Below, one piece after another: positions 1 to 13,400 of a stretch of DNA of 64,000 nt. Location: the NCBI GenBank assembly GCA_964016885.1, contig OZ024743.1, forward strand, positions 142,786,001 to 142,850,000, in the 5' to 3' direction. The notes beneath the pieces are model-generated. The model saw nothing but the letters and a program-made list of their open reading frames with translations, was not told where the DNA came from and did no database searches. This DNA comes from Eledone cirrhosa. Lineage: Eukaryota. The first letter of the stretch is position 1. Each line of letters starts with the position of its first letter. The position numbers and the translations under genes are program-made.

Positions 1-806
1 GCACCAAACACCAAGAACCAAGCACCAAACACCAAGCACCAAGCACCAAGTACATACACCAAGCACCAAACACCAAGCTCCAAACACCAAGCACCAAGCA
101 CCAAACACCAAACACCAAACACCAAACACCAAGCACCAAGCACCAAACACCAAACACCAAACAGCAAGCACCAAGCACCAAACACCAAGCACCAAGCACC
201 AAACAACAAACACCAAGCACCATGCACCAAACACTAATCACCAAGCACCAAGCACCAAACACCAAGCACCAAGCAGCAAGCACCAAACACCAAACACCAA
301 GCACCAAGCACCAAGCACCAAACACCAAGCACCAAGCACCAAACACCAAACCCCAAGTACCAAAGACCAAGCACCAAGCACCAAGGACCAAACACCAAGC
401 ACCAAGCATCAAGCACCAAGCACCAAACACCAAGCACCAAGCACCAAACACCCAGCACCAAGCACCAAGCACCAAGCACCAAACACCAAGCACCAAGCAC
501 CAAACACCAAAGACCAAACACCAAGCACCAAGCACCAAACAGCAAGCACCAAACACCAAACACCAAACACCAAACACCAAACAGCAAGCACCAAACAGCA
601 AGCACCAAACACCAAACAGCAAAGAGCAAACGCCAAGCACCAAGCACCAAGCACCAAGCACCAAACACCAAGCACCTAGCACCAAGCATTAAACACCAAA
701 CAGCAAACACCAAACACGAAACAGCAAACACCATACACCAAACACCAAACACCAAGCACCAAGCCCCAAACACCAAACCCCATGCACGAAGCACCAAACA
801 CTAATA

Positions 807-3800
807 ACCAAGCACCAAGCACCAAGCACCAAACACCAAGCACCAAGCACCAAGCACCAAACACCAAAGACCAAGCACCAAGCACCTAGCACCAAACACA
901 AAGCACCAGGCACCAAGCCTCAAACACCAAGCACCATGCACCAAACACCAAGCACCAAGCACGAAGCACCAAACACCAAACACCAAACACCAAGCACCAA
1001 ACACCAAGCACCAAGCACCAAACACCAAGCACCAAGCACCAAGCACCAAACACCAAGAACCAAGCACCAAACACCAAGCACCAAGCACCAAGTACATACA
1101 CCAAGCACCAAGCACCAAACACCAAACACCAAGCCACAAGCACCAAAAACCTAACACCAAGTACCAAGAACCAAGCACCAAGCACCGAACACCAAGCACC
1201 AAACACCAAGCACCAAACACCAAGCACCAAGCACCAAACACCAAACACCAAGCACCGAGCACCAAGCACCAAACACCAAGCACCAGGCACCAAGCCCCAA
1301 ACATCAAGCACCATGCACCAAACACCAAGCACCGAGCACGAAGCACCAAACACCAAGCACCAAGCACCAAACACTTAACACCAAGCACCAAGCACCAAGC
1401 ACCAAACACCAAGCACCAAACACCAAACACCAAGCACCAGGTACCAAACACCAAGCACCAAGCACCAAACACCAAGCACCAAGCACCAAGCACCAAACAC
1501 CAAGAACCAAGCACCAAACACCAAGCACCAAGCACCAAGTACATACACCAAGCACCAAACACCAAGCACCAAACACCAAGCACCAAGCACCAAACACCAA
1601 ACACCAAACACCAAACACCAAACACCAAGCACCAAGCACCAAACACCAAACACCAAACAGCAAGCACCAAGCACCAAACACCAAGCACCAAGCACCAAAC
1701 AACAAACACCAAGCACCATGCACCAAACAGTAATCACCAAGCACTAAGCACCAAACACCAAGCACCAAGCAGCAAGCACCAAACACCAAGCACCAAACAC
1801 CAAGCACCAAGCACCAAACACCAAACCCCAAGCACCAAAGACCAAGCACCAAGCACCAATGACCAAACACCAAGCACCAAGCATCAAGCACCAAGCACCA
1901 AACACCAAGCACCAAGCACCAAACACCCAGCACCAAGCACCAAGCACCAAACACCAAGCACCAAACACCAAACACCAAACACCAAGCACCAAGCACCAAG
2001 CAGCAAGCACCAAACACCAAACACCAAACACCAAACAGCAAGCACCAAACACCAAACAGCAGAGAGCAAACGCCAAACACCAAGCACCAAGCACCAAGCA
2101 CCAAACACCAAGCACCAAGCACCAAGCATTAAACACCAAACAGCAAACACCAAACACGAAACAGCAAACACCATACAGCAAACACCAAACACCAAGCACC
2201 AAACACAAAACCCCAAGCACCAAGCACCAAACACTAATAACCAAGCACCAAGCACCAAGCACCAAACACCAAGCACCAAGCACCAAGCACCAAACACCAA
2301 AGACCAAGCACCAAGCACCTAGCACCAAACACAAAGCACCAGGCACCAAGCGCCAAACACCAAGCACCATGCACCAAACACCAAGCACCAAGCACGAAGC
2401 ACCAAACACCAAGCACCAAGCACCAAACACTTAACACCAAGCACCAAGCACCAAGTACCAAACACCAAGCACCAAACACCAAGCACCAAGCACCAAACAG
2501 CAAGCACCAAACACCAAATACCAAACACCAAACACCAAACAGCAAGCACCAAACACCAAACAACAAAGAGCAAACGCCAAACACCAAGCACCAAGCACCA
2601 AGCACCAAACACCAAGCACCAAGCACCAAGCACCAAACACCAAAGACCAAGCACCAAGCACCTAGCACCAAACACAAAGCACCAGGCACCAAGCCTCAAA
2701 CACCAAGCACCATGCACCAAACACCAAGCACCAAGCACGAAGCACCAAACACCAAACACCAAACACCAAGCACCAAACACCAAGCACCAAGCACCAAACA
2801 CCAAGCACCAAGCACCAAGCACCAAACACCAAGAACCAAGCACCAAACACCAAGCACCAAGCACCAAGTACATACACCAAGCACCAAGCACCAAACACCA
2901 AACACCAAGCCACAAGCACCAAAAACCTAACACCAAGTACCAAGAACCAAGCACCAAGCACCGAACACCAAGCACCAAACACCAAGCACCAAACACCAAG
3001 CACCAAGCACCAAACACCAAACACCAAGCACCGAGCACCAAGCACCAAACACCAAGCACCAGGCACCAAGCCCCAAACATCAAGCACCATGCACCAAACA
3101 CCAAGCACCGAGCACGAAGCACCAAACACCAAGCACCAAGCACCAAACACTTAACACCAAGCACCAAGCACCAAGCACCAAACACCAAGCACCAAACACC
3201 AAACACCAAGCACCAGGTACCAAACACCAAGCACCAAGCACCAAACACCAAGCACCAAGCACCAAGCACCAAACACCAAGAACCAAGCACCAAACACCAA
3301 GCACCAAGCACCAAGTACATACACCAAGCACCAAACACCAAGCACCAAACACCAAGCACCAAGCACCAAACACCAAACACCAAACACCAAACACCAAACA
3401 CCAAGCACCAAGCACCAAACACCAAACACCAAACAGCAAGCACCAAGCACCAAACACCAAGCACCAAGCACCAAACAACAAACACCAAGCACCATGCACC
3501 AAACACTAATCACCAAGCACTAAGCACCAAACACCAAGCACCAAGCAGCAAGCACCAAACACCAAGCACCAAACACCAAGCACCAAGCACCAAACACCAA
3601 ACCCCAAGCACCAAAGACCAAGCACCAAGCACCAATGACCAAACACCAAGCACCAAGCATCAAGCACCAAGCACCAAACACCAAGCACCAAGCACCAAAC
3701 ACCCAGCACCAAGCACCAAGCACCAAACACCAAGCACCAAACACCAAACACCAAACACCAAGCACCAAGCACCAAGCAGCAAGCACCAAACACCAAACAC

Positions 3801-4408
3801 CAAACACCAAACAGCAAGCACCAAACACCAAACAGCAGAGAGCAAACGCCAAACACCAAGCACCAAGCACCAAGCACCAAACACCAAGCACCAAGCACCA
3901 AGCATTAAACACCAAACAGCAAACACCAAACACGAAACAGCAAACACCATACAGCAAACACCAAACACCAAGCACCAAACACAAAACCCCAAGCACCAAG
4001 CACCAAACACTAATAACCAAGCACCAAGCACCAAGCACCAAACACCAAGCACCAAGCACCAAGCACCAAACACCAAAGACCAAGCACCAAGCACCTAGCA
4101 CCAAACACAAAGCACCAGGCACCAAGCGCCAAACACCAAGCACCATGCACCAAACACCAAGCACCAAGCACGAAGCACCAAACACCAAGCACCAAGCACC
4201 AAACACTTAACACCAAGCACCAAGCACCAAGTACCAAACACCAAGCACCAAACACCAAGCACCAAGCACCAAACAGCAAGCACCAAACACCAAATACCAA
4301 ACACCAAACACCAAACAGCAAGCACCAAACACCAAACAACAAAGAGCAAACGCCAAACACCAAGCACCAAGCACCAAGCACCAAACACCAAGCACCAAGC
4401 ACCAAGCA
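807..4408 (+). repeat. 1776-bp tandem higher-order duplication, two copies (~807-2582 and ~2583-4358)
   Basis: Matching ORFs are offset by exactly 1776: 886/2662, 920/2696, 936/2712, 1375/3151, 1744/3520, 1859/3635, 1884/3660. 1776 = 254x7 - 2, explained by two 6-bp 'tacata' monomers per unit. The one difference noticed is cagtaat (~1728) vs cactaat (~3504). Confidence 0.95.
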
Positions 4409-7400
4409 TTAAACACCAAACAGCAAACACCAAACACGAAACAGCAAACACCATACAGCAAACACCAAACACAAAGCACCAAGCACCAAACACCAAACCC
4501 CAACCACCAAGCACCAAACACTAATAACCAAGCACCAAGCACCAAGCACCAAACACCAAGCACCATGCACCAAGCACCAAACACCGAAGACCAAGCACCA
4601 AGCACCTAGCACCAAACACAAAGCACAAGGCACCAAGCCCCAAACACCAAGCACCATCCACCAAACACCAAGCACCAAGCACGAAGCACCAAACACCAAG
4701 CACCAAGCACCAAACACTTAACACCAAGCACCAAGCACCAAGTACCAAACACCAAGCACCAAACACCAAACACCAAGCACCAAACACCAAGCACCAAGCA
4801 CCAAACACCAAGCACCAAGCACCAAGCACCAAGAACCAAGCACCAAACACCAAGCACCAAGCACCAAGTACATACACCAAGCACCAAACACCAAACACAA
4901 AACATCAAGCACCAAGCAACAAGCATCAAACACCAAGTATCAAACACCAAACACCAAGTACCAAGCACCAAACACCAAACACCAAGCACCAAGCACCAAG
5001 CACCAAACACCATACACCCAGCACCAAACAGCAAGCACAAAGCACCAAGCACCAAATACCAAGCACCAAACACCAAACACCAAGCACCAAGCACAAACAC
5101 CAAACACTAAGCACCAAGCACCAAACACCAAAACCCAAACACTAGACACCAAGCACGAAACACCAAACACCAAACACCAAGCACCAAGCACCAAACACTA
5201 ATCACCAAGTACCAAGCACCAAACAACAAGCACCAAGCATCAAACACCAAACACCAAACAGCAAGCACCAAACACCAAACACCAAACAACAAGCACCAGG
5301 CACCAAGCACCAAACACCAAACACCAAGCACCAAGCACCAAACACCAAGCACCAAGCACCAAACGCCAAACACCAAGCACCAAGCACCAAACACCAAGCA
5401 CCAAATACGAAACAGCAAACACCATACAGCAAACACTAAATACCAAAAAGCAGACACCAAACAGCAAACACCAAACACCAAACACCAAGCACCAAGCACC
5501 AACCACCAAACTCCAAGCACCAAAGACCAAGCACCAAGCACCAAACAACAAGCACCAAGCACCAAGCACCAAACACCAAGCACCAAGCACCAAACACCAA
5601 CCACCCAGCACCAAGCACCAAGCACCAAACACCAAGCACCAAACACCAAACACTAAACACCAAGCACAAAGCACCAAGCACCAAACACCAAGCCCCAAGC
5701 ACCAAGCACCAAACACCAAACACCAAGCACCAAGCACCAAACACCAAGCCCCAAGCACCAAGCACCAAACACCAACACCAAGCACCAAGCACCAAACACC
5801 AAACACCAAGCACCAAACACCAAACACCAAGCACCAAGGACCCAACATCAAACACCAAGCACCAAGCACCAAACACCAAACACCAAGCCCCAAGCACCAG
5901 GCACCAAGCACCGAACACCAAGCCCCAAACACCAAGCACCAAACACCAAGCACCAAACACCAAGCACCAAGCACCAAGCACCAAACACCAAGCACCAAGC
6001 ACCAAGCACCAAACACCAAACAGCAAGCACCAAGCACCAAACACCAAGCACCAAGCACTAAGCCCCTAGTACCAAACAACAAACACCAAGCATCAAGCAC
6101 AAAACACCAAGCAACAAACACCAAGCAGCAAGCAGCAAGCACCAAACACCAAACAACAAGCACCAAGCACCAAACACCAAACACCAAGCACCAAGGACCA
6201 AACATCAAACACCAAGCCCCAAGCACCTATCACCTGACACCAGGCACCAATCATCAAGCACCAATCACCAAACACCAAGCACCAATCACCAAACACCAAG
6301 CACCAAGCACCAAACACCAAGCACCAGGCACCAAGCACCAAACACCAAGTACCAAGTACCAAACACCAAACACCAAGCACCAAACACCAAGCACTAAGCA
6401 CCAAGCACGAAACACCAGGCACCAAGCACCAAGCACCAAACTCCAGACACCAAACACCAAGCACGCAGCACCAAACACCAAGCACCAAGCACCAAGCACC
6501 AAGCACCAAACACCAAACACCAAACACCAAGCACCAAGCGCAAAACACCAAGCACCAATCACCAAGCACCAAAACCCAAGCAGCAAGCAGCAAGCACCAA
6601 ACACCAAGCACCAAGCACCAAACACCAAACACCACACACCAAGCACCAAACACCAAACACCAAGCACCAAGGACCAAACATCAAACACCAAGCACCAAGC
6701 ACCAAACACCTAACACCAAGCACCAGGCACCAAGCACCAAGCACCAAACACCAAGCACCAAACACCAAGCACCAAGACCGAAGCACCAAACACCAAGCAC
6801 CAAACTCCAAACACAAAACACCAAGCACCAAGCAGCAAGCACCAAACACCAAACACCAAGCACCAAGCACCAAACACCAAACACCAAGCACCAAGGACCA
6901 AACATCAAACACCAAGCACTAAACACCTAACACCAAGCACCAAGCACCAAGCACCAAGCACCAAACACCAAGCACCAAGCACCAAACACCAAGCACCAAG
7001 CACCAAACACCAAGCACCAAGCACCAAACACCAAACAACAAGCACCAGGCACCAAACAACAAGCACCAGTCACCAAGCTCCAATCACCAAACACCAAGCA
7101 CCAAGCACCAAACACCAAACACCAAGAACGCAGCATCAAACACCAAGCACCAAGCACCAAGCACCAAACACCAAGCACCAAGCACCAAGCACCAAATACC
7201 AAACACCAAACACCAAGCACCAAACACCAAACACCAAGCACCAAGCACCAAGCACGAAACACCAGGCACCAAGCACCAAGGACCAAAATCCAAACACCAA
7301 GCACCAAACACCAGCCACCAAGCACCAAGCACCAAACACCAAACAGCAAACACCATACAGCAAACACCAAACACCAAACAGCAAACAGTAAACGCCAAAC

Positions 7401-10400
7401 ACCAAGCACCAAGCACCAAGCACCAAACACCAAGCACCAAGCACCAAGCACCAAACACCAAACATCAAACACGAAACACAAAACTACAAACACCATACAG
7501 CAAACACCAAACACCAAAAAGCAGACACCAAACCGCATACACCAAACAGCAAACACAAAACACCAAACCCCAAGCACCAAGCACCAAACACTAATCACCA
7601 AGCACCAAGCACCAAGCACCAAACACCAAGCGTTAAGCACCTAGCACCAAACACCAAGCACCAAGCACCAAGCACAAACACCAAACACCAAACACCAAAC
7701 ACCAAGCACCAAAGACCAAGCACCAAGCACCAAGCACCAAGCACCAAACAATAAGCACCAAGCACCAAGCACCAAACACCAAACACCAAGCACCAAACAT
7801 CAACCACCCAGCACCAAGCACCAAGCACCAAACACCAAACACCAAACACCAAACACCAAACACCAAGCAGCAAGCACCAAACACCAAGCAGCAAGCACCA
7901 AACACCAAGCAGCAAGCAGCAAGCACCAAACACGAAACACCAAGCACCAAGCACCAAACACCAAACACCAAGCACCAAGGACCAAACATGAAACACCAAG
8001 CCCCAAGCACCAAAAACCTAACACCAAACACCAAGCACCAAGCACCAAGCAGCAAGCACCAAACACCAAACACCAAACACCAAACAGCAAGCACCAAACA
8101 CCAAACAGCAGAGAGCAAACGCCAAACACCAAGCACCAAGCACCAAGCACCAAACACCAAGCACCAAGCACCAAGCATTAAACACCAAACAGCAAACACC
8201 AAACACGAAACAGCAAACACCATACAGCAAACACCAAACACCAAGCACCAAGCACCAAACACCAAACCCCAAGCACCAAGCACCAAACACTAATAACCAA
8301 GCACCAAGCACCAAGCACCAAACACCAAGCACCAAGCACCAAGCACCAAACACCAAAGACCAAGCACCAAGCACCTAGCACCAAACACAAAGCACCAGGC
8401 ACCAAGCGCCAAACACCAAGCACCATGCACCAAACACCAAGCACCAAGCACGAAGCACCAAACACCAAGCACCAAGCACCAAACACTTAACACCAAGCAC
8501 CAAGCACCAAACACCAACCACCCAGCACCAAGCACCAAGCACCAAACACCAAGCACCAAACACCAAACACTAAACACCAGGCACAAAGCACCAAGCACCA
8601 AACACCAAGCCCCAAGCACCAAGCACCAAACACCAAACACCAAGCACCAAGCACCAAACACCAAGCCCCAAGCACCAAGCACCAAACACCAACACCAAGC
8701 ACCAATCACCAAACACCAAACACCAAGCACCAAACACCAAACACCAAGCACCAAGCACCAGGCACCAAGCACCGAACACCAAGCCCCAAACACCAAGCAC
8801 CAAACACCAAGCACCAAACACCAAGCACCAAACACCAAACACTAAGTCCCACGCACCAAGCACCAAACACCAAACAGCAAGCACCAAGCACCAAACACCA
8901 AGCACCAAGCACTAAGCCCCTAGCACCAAACAACAAACACCAAGCATCAAGCACAAAACACCAAGCAACAAACACCAAGCAGCAAGCAGCAAGCACCAAA
9001 CACCAAACAACAAGCACCAAGCACCAAACACCAAACACCAAGCACCAAGGACCAAACATCAAACACCAAGCACCAAGCACCAAACACCTAACACCAAGCA
9101 CCAAGCATCAAGCACCAATCACCAAACACCAAGCACCAATCACCAAACACCAAGCACCAAGCACCAAACACCAAGCACCAGGCACCAAGCACCAAACACC
9201 AAGTACCAAACACAAAACACCAAGCACCAAACACCAAGCACCAAACACCAAACACCAAGCACCAAGCACCAAACAGCAAGCACCAAACACCAAATACCAA
9301 ACACCAAACACCAAACAGCAAGCACCAAACACCAAACAACAAAGAGCAAACGCCAAACACCAAGCACCAAGCACCAAGCACCAAACACCAAGCACCAAGC
9401 ACCAAGCATTAAACACCAAACAGCAAACACCAAACACGAAACAGCAAACACCATACAGCAAACACCAAACACAAAGCACCAAGCACCAAACACCAAACCC
9501 CAAGCACCAAGCACCAAACACTAATAACCAAGCACCAAGCACCAAGCACCAAACACCAAGCACCAAGCACCAAGCACCAAACACCGAAGACCAAGCACCA
9601 AGCACCTAGCACCAAACACAAAGCACCAGGCACCAAGCCCCAAACACCAAGCACCATCCACCAAACACCAAGCACCAAGCACGAAGCACCAAACACCAAG
9701 CACCAAGCACCAAACACTTAACACCAAGCACCAAGCACCAAGTACCAAACACCAAGCACCAAACACCAAACACCAAGCACCAAACACCAAGCACCAAGCA
9801 CCAAACACCAAGCACCAAGCACCAAGCACCAAGAACCAAGCACCAAACACCAAGCACCAAGCACCAAGTACATACACCAAGCACCAAACACCAAACACAA
9901 AACATCAAGCACCAAGCAACAAGCATCAAACACCAAGCATCAAACACCAAACACCAAGTACCAAGCACCAAACACCAAACACCAAGCACCAAGCACCAAG
10001 CACCAAACACCATACACCCAGCACCAAACAGCAAGCACAAAGCACCAAGCACCAAATACCAAGCACCAAACACCAAACACCAAGCACCAAGCACAAACAC
10101 CAAACACTAAGCACCAAGCACCAAACACCAAAACCCAAACACTAGACACCAAGCACGAAACACGAAACACCAAACACCAAGCACCAAGCACCAAACACTA
10201 ATCACCAAGTACCAAGCACCAAACAACAAGCACCAAGCATCAAACACAAAACACCAAACAGCAAGCACCAAACACCAAACACCAAACAACAAGCACCAGG
10301 CACCAAGCACCAAACACCAAACACCAAGCACCAAGCACCAAACACCAAGCACCAAGCACCAAACGCCAAACACCAAGCACCAAGCACCAAACACCAAGCA

Positions 10401-13400
10401 CCAAATACGAAACAGCAAACACCATACAGCAAACACTAAATACCAAAAAGCAGACACCAAACAGCAAACACCAAACACCAAACACCAAGCACCAAGCACC
10501 AACCACCAAACTCCAAGCACCAAAGACCAAGCACCAAGCACCAAGCACCAAACAACAAGCACCAAGCACCAAGCACCAAACACCAAGCACCAAGCACCAA
10601 ACACCAACCACCCAGCACCAAGCACCAAACACCAAGCACCAAACACCAAACACTAAACACCAAGCACAAAGCACCAAGTACCAAACACCAAGCCCCAAGC
10701 ACCAAGCACCAAACACCAAACACCAAGCACCAAGCACCAAACACCAAGCCCCAAGCACCAAGCACCAAACACCAACACCAAGCACCAAGCACCAAACAAC
10801 AAACACCAAGCACCAAACACCAAACACCAAGCACCAAGGACCCAACATCAAACACCAAGCACCAAGCACCAAACACCAAACACCAAGCCCCAAGCACCAG
10901 GCACCAAGCACCGAACACCAAGCCCCAAACACCAAGCACCAAACACCAAGCACCAAACACCAAGCACCAAGCACCAAGCACCAAACACCAAGCACCAAGC
11001 ACCAAACACCAAGCACCAAGCACCAAGCACCAAATACCAAACACCAAACACCAAGCACCAAACACCAAACACCAAGCACCAAGCACCAAGCACGAAACAC
11101 CAGGCACCAAGCACCAAGGACCAAAATCCAAACACCAAGCACCAAACACCAGCCACCAAGCACCAAGCACCAAACACCAAACAGCAAACACCAAACAGCA
11201 AACACCAAACACCAAACAGCAAACAGTAAACGCCAAACACCAAGCACCAAGCACCAAGCACCAAACACCAAGCACCAAGCACCAAGCACCAAACACCAAA
11301 CATCAAACACGAAACACAAAACTACAAACACCATACAGCAAACACCAAACACCAAAAAGCAGACACCAAACCGCATACACCAAACAGCAAACACAAAACA
11401 CCAAACCCCAAGCACCAAGCACCAAACACCAAGCACCAAGCACCAAGCACAAACACCAAACACCAAACACCAAACACCAAGCACCAAAGACCAAGCACCA
11501 AGCACCAAGCACCAAGCACCAAACAATAAGCACCAAGCACCAAGCACCAAACACCAAACACCAAGCACCAAACATCAACCACCCAGCACCAAGCACCAAG
11601 CACCAAACACCAAGCACCATACACCAAACACCAAACACCAAGCAGCAAGCACCAAACACCAAGCAGCAAGCACCAAACACCAAGCAGCAAGCAGCAAGCA
11701 CCAAACACGAAACACCAAGCACCAAGCACCAAACACCAAACACCAAGCACCAAGGACCAAACATGAAACACCAAGCCCCAAGCACCAAAAACCTAACACC
11801 AAACACCAAGCACCAAGCACCAAGCAGCAAGCACCAAACACCAAACACCAAACACCAAACAGCAAGCACCAAACACCAAACAGCAGAGAGCAAACGCCAA
11901 ACACCAAGCACCAAGCACCAAGCACCAAACACCAAGCACCAAGCACCAAGCATTAAACACCAAACAGCAAACACCAAACACGAAACAGCAAACACCATAC
12001 AGCAAACACCAAACACCAAGCACCAAGCACCAAACACCAAACCCCAAGCACCAAGCACCAAACACTAATAACCAAGCACCAAGCACCAAGCACCAAACAC
12101 CAAGCACCAAGCACCAAGCACCAAACACCAAAGACCAAGCACCAAGCACCTAGCACCAAACACAAAGCACCAGGCACCAAGCGCCAAACACCAAGCACCA
12201 TGCACCAAACACCAAGCACCAAGCACGAAGCACCAAACACCAAGCACCAAGCACCAAACACTTAACACCAAGCACCAAGCACCAAACACCAACCACCCAG
12301 CACCAAGCACCAAGCACCAAACACCAAGCACCAAACACCAAACACTAAACACCAGGCACAAAGCACCAAGCACCAAACACCAAGCCCCAAGCACCAAGCA
12401 CCAAACACCAAACACCAAGCACCAAGCACCAAACACCAAGCCCCAAGCACCAAGCACCAAACACCAACACCAAGCACCAATCACCAAACACCAAACACCA
12501 AGCACCAATCACCAAACACCAAGCACCAAGCACCAGGCACCAAGCACCGAACACCAAGCCCCAAACACCAAGCACCAAACACCAAGCACCAAACACCAAG
12601 CACCAAACACCAAACACTAAGTCCCACGCACCAAGCACCAAACACCAAACAGCAAGCACCAAGCACCAAACACCAAGCACCAAGCACTAAGCCCCTAGCA
12701 CCAAACAACAAACACCAAGCATCAAGCACAAAACACCAAGCAACAAACACCAAGCAGCAAGCAGCAAGCACCAAACACCAAACAACAAGCACCAAGCACC
12801 AAACACCAAACACCAAGCACCAAGGACCAAACATCAAACACCAAGCACCAAGCACCAAACACCTAACACCAAGCACCAAGCATCAAGCACCAATCACCAA
12901 ACACCAAGCACCAATCACCAAACACCAAGCACCAAGCACCAAACACCAAGCACCATGCACCAAGCACCAAACACCAAGTACCAAACACAAAACACCAAGC
13001 ACCAAACACCAAGCACCAAACACCAAACACCAAGCACCAAGCACCAAACAGCAAGCACCAAACACCAAATACCAAACACCAAACACCAAACAGCAAGCAC
13101 CAAACACCAAACAACAAAGAGCAAACGCCAAACACCAAGCACCAAGCACCAAGCACCAAACACCAAGCACCAAGCACCAAGCATTAAACACCAAACAGCA
13201 AACACCAAACACGAAACAGCAAACACCATACAGCAAACACCAAACACAAAGCACCAAGCACCAAACACCAAACCCCAAGCACCAAGCACCAAACACTAAT
13301 AACCAAGCACCAAGCACCAAGCACCAAACACCAAGCACCAAGCACCAAGCACCAAACACCGAAGACCAAGCACCAAGCACCTAGCACCAAACACAAAGCA

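Noticed and set aside
4246-10980. Exactly 5000-bp offset suggesting a synthetic or tiling artefact
   Set aside because: It equals 715 monomers minus five 6-bp units (tacata ~4869, cacaaa 5092 and 7673, caccaa ~5770 and ~8687), and the copies differ by substitutions and compensating monomer indels. The round number is most likely coincidence.
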